Assembly: GCA_046290465.1 (NCBI GenBank)
Contig: JBKAGP010000001.1
Span: 4,864,001 to 4,928,000 of the forward strand
DNA length: 64,000 bases
Direction of reading: 5' to 3'
Source: Planctomycetota bacterium
GTDB lineage: Bacteria > Planctomycetota > UBA1135 > UBA2386
Below, one piece after another: positions 58,690-64,000 of the stretch. The notes under the pieces are model-generated. The model ran no database searches, was not told the DNA's origin, and was given only the letters and a program-made list of their open reading frames with translations. Positions within the stretch are counted from its first letter, which is position 1. Every line of letters begins with the position of its first letter. The translations under genes and the position numbers were made by a program.

Positions 58690-59999
58690 CCCTGCCGCAG
58701 AACCTGCTGCGCGCGGTCGAGTCGGCGCGTTCGCTCAACCGGCCGCGCGCCGAGGGCAAGGTGCGTTCGATCCGCGGCATCGCGATCCACGTCATCGGTC
58801 TGGCGGCGGCGATCGGCGACACCTGCACGATCCACGCCGACGGCGGCAGGCTGCCGATCCCGGCCGAGGTCGTCGGTTTCAACGGCGACGACGCGGTGGT
58901 GATGGCGCTCGGCGACGCCCATCGGGTCGCGCCGTGGGATCAGGTGCACAACGACCACCGGCCGCTGTCGGTGCCGGTCGGCGCCGGCCTGCTCGGCCGC
59001 GTCGTCGACGCGCTCGGTCGGCCGATGGACGGCGGCCCCGAGATCCTGGGCCGGATGATGCCGCTCAACGGTGACGCGCCGTCGCCGCTGCAGCGCACGC
59101 CGATCGACCAGCCGATCGAGACCGGAGTGTCGGCGATCGACGGCATGCTGACCTGCGGCAAGGGCCAGCGGATCGGCATCTTCGCGGGCTCCGGCGTCGG
59201 CAAGTCGACGCTGATGGGGCAGATCGCGCGCAGCGCCGCCGGCCAGGTCAACGTGATCGCGCTGATCGGCGAACGTGGCCGCGAGGTCGGCGAGTTCCTG
59301 ACCGATTCGCTCGGTCCCGAAGGACTGCAGAAGAGCGTCGTCGTCGCGTGCACCAGCGACGCCGCGCCGATGCTGCGCATGAAGGCGCCGATGACCGCGG
59401 TCGCGATCGCCGAGGCGTTCCGCAACGCCGGCGCCGACGTGCTGTTCATGATGGACTCGGTGACGCGCTACGCGATGGCCGTTCGCGAGGTCGGCCTGGC
59501 GGCGGGCGAGCCGCCGACGCTGCGCGGCTATCCGCCGAGCCTGTTCGCGTCGATGCCACGGCTGGTCGAGCGCCTCGGATCCAACGACAAGGGCACGATC
59601 ACCGGCATGCTGACCGTGCTGGTCGACGGCGACGACATGAACGAGCCGGTCTCCGACGCGCTGCGCGGCTATCTCGACGGCCACATCGTGCTCAGCCGCA
59701 AGATCGCCGAGCGCGGGCGCTTCCCGGCGATCGACGTGCTCGGCTCGGTCAGCCGTCTGATGCCGAAGGTCGCGGACGATGCGCACCAGGAGCGGGCCCG
59801 CAAGGTTCGCGAGCTGCTGGCGCACTACGAGGAGAACCGCGACCTGGTCTCGGTCGGCGCCTACCGCCAGGGTGCCGACCCGCTGCTCGACCAGGCCATG
59901 GCCAGGATCCAGCCGATCGAGCAGCTGCTCTACCACGGCAAGGGGCCGCGTCCCGCCGCCGAGACCCTCGCGCTGATGCAGCAGATCACTGGGATCTGA
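58686..59999 (+). CDS. fliI: Flagellar export ATPase FliI
   Basis: GIFAGSGVGKST, LIGERGREV, MDSVTRYA, GEPP..RGYPPS, DGHIVLSR. Confidence 0.96.
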   Translation: MTLPQNLLRAVESARSLNRPRAEGKVRSIRGIAIHVIGLAAAIGDTCTIHADGGRLPIPAEVVGFNGDDAVVMALGDAHRVAPWDQVHNDHRPLSVPVGAGLLGRVVDALGRPMDGGPEILGRMMPLNGDAPSPLQRTPIDQPIETGVSAIDGMLTCGKGQRIGIFAGSGVGKSTLMGQIARSAAGQVNVIALIGERGREVGEFLTDSLGPEGLQKSVVVACTSDAAPMLRMKAPMTAVAIAEAFRNAGADVLFMMDSVTRYAMAVREVGLAAGEPPTLRGYPPSLFASMPRLVERLGSNDKGTITGMLTVLVDGDDMNEPVSDALRGYLDGHIVLSRKIAERGRFPAIDVLGSVSRLMPKVADDAHQERARKVRELLAHYEENRDLVSVGAYRQGADPLLDQAMARIQPIEQLLYHGKGPRPAAETLALMQQITGI

Positions 60000-60014
60000 G
60001 TGGGGGGACCGTTC

Positions 60015-60132
60015 GCGGAAGTTGCAGGGTGAACCGTGTACCGTACGGCAACACGGGTTCGCTGTTCGCTGGGGGCGGGTGTCGGGGTGCCTGCGGAAGT
60101 TGCAGGATGAACCGCGTACCGTACGGCAACAC
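60015..60132. repeat. Two 40-bp direct repeats separated by 38 bp
   Basis: GCGGAAGTTGCAGG(G/A)TGAACCG(T/C)GTACCGTACGGCAACAC at 60015-60054 and 60093-60132; 38/40 identical. Confidence 0.9.
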
Positions 60133-60146
60133 TGGGGGGAAACTGG

Positions 60147-60176
60147 TTAACGATTGGTCCATGGCATGGCCGATAG
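60147..60176 (+). promoter_or_regulatory. Candidate sigma28 promoter before fliJ
   Basis: GCCGATAG -10 at 60169, with TTAA/TAAC 17-18 bp upstream. Confidence 0.35.
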
Positions 60177-60183
60177 GGGTGGC

Positions 60184-60624
60184 ATGCGACGATTCCGTTT
60201 TCGCCTGGCGTCCCTGTTGCGGCTGCGCTCGCAGATCGAGCGCACGGCGCGCAAGGAGCTGGCGGCGGCGATGGCGGAGGTCAACACGATCGACCAGCAG
60301 ATCGAGGCCGCGGCGCAGGGACTCGTCGACTGCGCGGACCAGGCGGCGCGCACCGACTCGGTCGGGCACCTGGCGCGGGCGATGGAAGCCGGGTTGCGAC
60401 GCCACCAGTGGCGGCTCGTGCGCCAGCGCAAGCAGGCCGAACAGAAGCTCGAGGCGGTCCGCCTCGACTGCACGCAGAAGGCTCGCGAGCTCAAGACGCT
60501 GCAGCGCCTGCGTGACCAGGAACACACGGAGTGGAAGCAGGACGCACAGCGCGCCGAGCAGGCCGAACTCGACGAGGTCGCCACGCTGACGCGCGGTCCT
60601 GAGCAAGGAGACGATTCATGGTAG
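60184..60624 (+). CDS. fliJ: Flagellar export chaperone FliJ
   Basis: MRRFRFRLASLLRLR, coiled coil, EQAELDE; follows fliI. Confidence 0.85.
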   Translation: MRRFRFRLASLLRLRSQIERTARKELAAAMAEVNTIDQQIEAAAQGLVDCADQAARTDSVGHLARAMEAGLRRHQWRLVRQRKQAEQKLEAVRLDCTQKARELKTLQRLRDQEHTEWKQDAQRAEQAELDEVATLTRGPEQGDDSW

Positions 60625-61715
60625 GCATCCTCATCAAGGTCGCGATCGGCCTCGCGCTGTTCGTCGGTTCGCTGGTCGGTGGCCTCGCGGTGACCGGGCG
60701 GCTCAACCACGAGGGCACCGCGAACATCCCGGTGCTCAACGGCTTCTTCCCCGAACCGCCGGCGGTCGAAGGGGAGGAGGGCGCGGACGGGCACGCCGAG
60801 GGCACGCACGCCGGCGACGACACCCATGTCGCCGAGGGCGCGCATGTCGGCAACGAGCACACGGGCACGGCCGAGGCGAGCGGCGAGCAGGGGCCGAAGA
60901 AGCCCAGCAAGCGCGTCACCGGCCGTTCGGTGGTCAACCCGGAGGAACCGAAGTCGGACAGCCACGGCGGCGGCCACGGTGACGACGGCCACGGCGACGA
61001 CGCGCACGGCGACGGCCACGGTGCCGATGCGCACGGCGGCGGCCACGCGGCGCCGCACGGTGAGACCGCGCCGCAGGCTGGCCACCGGCCGGCCGGCCAC
61101 GGCGAGACCAGCCACGAGGCCAGCCACGAGACCAAGGCCGAGGACGACTTCCACAAGCTCGAGGCGGCCCAGGGCAAGACCGGCTACAAGCCGGGCGCGT
61201 ACTTCCACTTCGACGGCATGCCGTCGGGCATGACCGCCGAGCAGATCAACGCGGCGTGGCAGAGCGTGCAGGGCGTGCTCGCGACGATCGAGCAGCGCAA
61301 GGTCGCGCTCGACCTGCGCGAGAAGGAACTGCATGAACTGGCCGACGACATCAGCCGACGCCAGAAGGACCTCGGCGCGCTGCAGCTCGACATCGAGCAG
61401 ATGCAGAAGGCGCTCGACGCCAAGATCGCGCGGTTCGAGAACACCGTGATCCTGGTCAAGGACGAGGAGGTCCAGAAGCTAAAGGAGAACGCCGAGATCA
61501 TGGCGTCGTTCGAGAGCACCAAGGCGGCCGAGCTGGTCCAGCAGCAGTGGGCCAGCGAGCGCGGTCAGGAGGAGGTCCTGCGGCTGTTCAAGTTCATGGA
61601 GAAGGAGTCGGTCAACGAGATCCTCGCGCAGCTGCCCAACCCGATGGTCCAGGACATCCTCGAGAAGCGCATGCAGGTGTCCAGAGAGGCCAAGGCAACG
61701 GGCGGTCGGGACTGA
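60618..61715 (+). CDS. MotE/FlbB-like flagellar protein with a His/Gly-rich linker
   Basis: N-terminal TM, His-rich linker, coiled coil, C-terminal helical domain (AEIMASFESTKAAEL...FMEKESVNEILAQL); typical position after fliJ. Confidence 0.7.
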   Translation: MVGILIKVAIGLALFVGSLVGGLAVTGRLNHEGTANIPVLNGFFPEPPAVEGEEGADGHAEGTHAGDDTHVAEGAHVGNEHTGTAEASGEQGPKKPSKRVTGRSVVNPEEPKSDSHGGGHGDDGHGDDAHGDGHGADAHGGGHAAPHGETAPQAGHRPAGHGETSHEASHETKAEDDFHKLEAAQGKTGYKPGAYFHFDGMPSGMTAEQINAAWQSVQGVLATIEQRKVALDLREKELHELADDISRRQKDLGALQLDIEQMQKALDAKIARFENTVILVKDEEVQKLKENAEIMASFESTKAAELVQQQWASERGQEEVLRLFKFMEKESVNEILAQLPNPMVQDILEKRMQVSREAKATGGRD

Positions 61716-61727
61716 CCGCCGAATCCT

Positions 61728-61755
61728 TCAACACGTCCGCACGGACTGCCGATAT
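61728..61755 (+). promoter_or_regulatory. Sigma28-type promoter before fliL
   Basis: TCAA-N16-GCCGATAT, near-consensus. Confidence 0.55.
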
Positions 61756-61792
61756 CGACGATGGCGAGGATCGGCAAGCGGAGTAGAGCAAC

Positions 61793-62302
61793 GTGGCCGA
61801 CGACAAGAAGAAAGAAGACAGCAACGACGAGGGCAAGAAGAAGGGCCTGTCCCCCCTCGTGATGATCGCCATCGGCGCACTCGTCGGTGGTGCCGGGGTC
61901 GTATTCGCGATCCCGCCCAAGACCGTCGAGGTCGAGGTCGAGGCGCCGCCGCTGGAGTACGTCGAGGTCGAGCATCCGGACCTGATCCTGCACACGTTCA
62001 ACCCGCGGCAACGGGCCGGCAAGGGCGTGGCCAAGGTGTCGTTCCGGTTCGTGTTCACGGTGCGCGAGGACCTGCAGGACGCCGCCTACGAGGCGATGAA
62101 GCTGCACTGGAACATGGCCAACTCGAAGGTCCTGTCGGTGCTGCGCAGTCGCAGCGTCAAGGAACTGCAGTCGGAGACCGGCGAGCGCATGCTCGAGCAC
62201 GATCTGATCAAGGCGCTCAACGAAGTGTTCTTCCACGTCGAGGGCGGCGACCCGATCGCGCAGATCACCGAGATCATGTGGGGCGAGATCCTGCTGCAGT
62301 GA
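61793..62302 (+). CDS. fliL: Flagellar basal-body protein FliL
   Basis: Charged N-terminus + TM, KELQSETG, IKALN, EIMWGEILLQ; precedes fliM. Confidence 0.82.
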   Translation: MADDKKKEDSNDEGKKKGLSPLVMIAIGALVGGAGVVFAIPPKTVEVEVEAPPLEYVEVEHPDLILHTFNPRQRAGKGVAKVSFRFVFTVREDLQDAAYEAMKLHWNMANSKVLSVLRSRSVKELQSETGERMLEHDLIKALNEVFFHVEGGDPIAQITEIMWGEILLQ

Positions 62303-62350
62303 CGCCCGCGAGCCGCCCCCCAGCGAACCCCTTCCCCCCGAGAGACCCCC

Positions 62351-63349
62351 GTGAACGAGATCCTGAGCAACGAAGAGATCGACACCCTGCTGGACATGTT
62401 CCGCACGGAGGGTGCCGCGCTCGAGACGGAGGTCTCCGATCCGGAGCCGACGATGGCGCCGATCGAGGCGCCCGACGGGCGCGTCATCAGCCACGTCGAC
62501 CTGCTCAAGCCCAACCGACTCGGCCGCGAACAGCTGCGCGGCATCGAGCGCTACTTCGAGAGCGCCGGCAAGCTGCTGTCGGCGACGATCAGCGACAAGC
62601 TGCGTCTCGACACCCGCTGTGACTGCGTCGCCGTCGAACAGCTGCGCTTCTCGAGCTGGCTCGATCAACTGCCCGGCCCGGTCTCGATCTACGTACTCGA
62701 GATGGAGCCGTTCCGGCAGCCGTGCCTGCTGACGGTCAGCACCAGCCTGCTCTACGGCGCCGTCGACCGCATCCTCGGCGGCTCGGGCAAGGTCAAGGCG
62801 GTGCCGAAGGACTTCACCGCGGCCGAGCACACCGTCGCCGAGGCGCTGGTTGCCCCCTGCCTCGACCGCATCTGCGAGGCGCTCAGCGAGGTCGTCGAGC
62901 TGAAGTGGAAGATCGCCAACCGCTTCTGCAACCCGTCGATGGCCCAGATCCTGCCGTCGCAGGACGTCGTGCTGTCGATCTACTTCCAGGCCACCGGCGA
63001 CTTCCTGATCGGCGACCTGCGCCTGGTGATCCCGTTCGTGGCGCTCGAACCGCTGCTGGAGCGCTTCGGCCGCGACTCGGTCTCGCAGCTCGAGCCCGGG
63101 GCGATGCGCCAGACGATGGGCGAGACCGTCAACGAGATGCCGGTCGACCTGTCGGTCAACCTCGGCGCCTCCCGCATCCGGCTCGGCCAGCTGCTCAAGC
63201 TGCAGGCCGGCGACGTCATCCCGCTGGCGACCCGCTTCGGTCAACCTGCGGTCGTCCCCGTCATGGGCAAGCCCAAATTCACCGCACATCTCGGCAGGAT
63301 CGGCAACAGGTTGGGTGCGCGAATTGCCGATGTGATGGGCGGTAACTGA
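62351..63349 (+). CDS. fliM: Flagellar motor switch protein FliM
   Basis: ILSNEEIDTLL, VDRILGG.G, C-terminal SpoA domain (LLKLQAGDVIPL). Confidence 0.93.
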   Translation: MNEILSNEEIDTLLDMFRTEGAALETEVSDPEPTMAPIEAPDGRVISHVDLLKPNRLGREQLRGIERYFESAGKLLSATISDKLRLDTRCDCVAVEQLRFSSWLDQLPGPVSIYVLEMEPFRQPCLLTVSTSLLYGAVDRILGGSGKVKAVPKDFTAAEHTVAEALVAPCLDRICEALSEVVELKWKIANRFCNPSMAQILPSQDVVLSIYFQATGDFLIGDLRLVIPFVALEPLLERFGRDSVSQLEPGAMRQTMGETVNEMPVDLSVNLGASRIRLGQLLKLQAGDVIPLATRFGQPAVVPVMGKPKFTAHLGRIGNRLGARIADVMGGN

Positions 63350-63354
63350 GATCC

Positions 63355-63771
63355 ATGACCGAGAACGAACAACCAGCCGGGGAACCGCAGCAGCAGGCCG
63401 ATGACTGGGCCGGCGCGGCGGAGCTCGCCCAGGCGGGCGCGGAGCTCGCCTCGGCGGCGATCCAGCCGGTCGCGTTCGGCCAACTCGGACAGGGTGTTGA
63501 GAGCGGGGACTCGCAGAACCTGGACCTGCTGCTCGACGTCGAGATCCCGATCTCGGTCGAGGTCGGGCGCGCGCAGATGAGCCTGGAGGACGTGCTGAAG
63601 CTGGTCCCCGGCAGCGTGATCGCGCTCGACAAGAAGGCCGAGGAGCCGGTCGACCTGCGCGTCAACGGCAAGCTGGTCGCGCGCGGCGAGGTCGTGCTCG
63701 TCGACGATGTCTACGGCCTGCGCGTCACCCAGATCGTCGACGCCGCCGGCCGCATCGAGAGCCTGCGCTGA
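63355..63771 (+). CDS. fliN: Flagellar motor switch protein FliN
   Basis: NLDLLLDV.IPISVEVGR, GSVIALDK, NGKLVARGEVVLVDD.YGLRVT. Confidence 0.95.
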   Translation: MTENEQPAGEPQQQADDWAGAAELAQAGAELASAAIQPVAFGQLGQGVESGDSQNLDLLLDVEIPISVEVGRAQMSLEDVLKLVPGSVIALDKKAEEPVDLRVNGKLVARGEVVLVDDVYGLRVTQIVDAAGRIESLR

Positions 63772-63851
63772 CAGCGCGCCGCTGGTCCGCCGCCGATCGC
63801 CGCGTTGCGAGGCCTTGAGGACGATGGGCCTCGCCAGCTAGGCTCCGGCCG

Positions 63852-64000
63852 GTGAGCAAGCATCAGTTCGTGCTCGAACTCGGCCGCGCCATGCACGCGC
63901 TCGGCAGTCCGTCGTACCGTGTCGAGGACACGATGGTCGCGTGCAGTCGTTCGTTCGGCATGGACGGCAACTTCTTCGCGACGCCGACCGCGATCTTCCT
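63852..64000 (+). CDS. Threonine/serine exporter ThrE family protein, partial (runs off the window)
   Basis: VSKHQFVLELGRAMHALGSPSYRVEDTM...FFATPTAIF matches the ThrE N-terminal pattern. Confidence 0.7.
   Translation, partial: MSKHQFVLELGRAMHALGSPSYRVEDTMVACSRSFGMDGNFFATPTAIF

Noticed and set aside
58686..59999. Non-flagellar type III secretion system
   Set aside because: flgB, flgC, fliE, fliG, fliL and fliM are flagellum-specific neighbours.

Overview
This is a high-GC bacterial window, most likely a Planctomycetota genome (DUF1549/DUF1553 + DUF1501 pair, STK-WD40 + ECF sigma pair). The standout is a ~7 kb integron cassette array at ~6005-13060 with no intact integrase in the window. It has an attI-like site at 6005-6022, nine intact 63-66 bp attC hairpins with an unusually long L'-R' spacer (9-10 nt), a collapsed half-attC and an eroded terminal attC. 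Cassette cargo looks defence-related: a DUF4917/SIR2-like protein, a HEPN protein, an Abi-alpha-like protein, a stand-alone EF-Tu domain III, and two near-identical ~309 bp cassettes with no conserved ORF but a sigma70-like promoter. Possible decayed IS110 and intI remnants lie just upstream. The rest of the window holds an orphan glyQ, several secreted proteins sharing a C-terminal module, scpA, an STK/ECF pair, rph-rdgB and a His-less hybrid kinase. It also holds a sulfate-activation/polysaccharide-export locus (GT4, SLC13, cysQ, wzm/wzt, cysNC-D-C), egtD with an EgtB/SenA-like gene, and a flagellar cluster (flgBC-fliEFGHI-fliJ-motE-like-fliLMN) containing a 40-bp direct-repeat pair. All family assignments are from motif recognition by eye; no searches were run.
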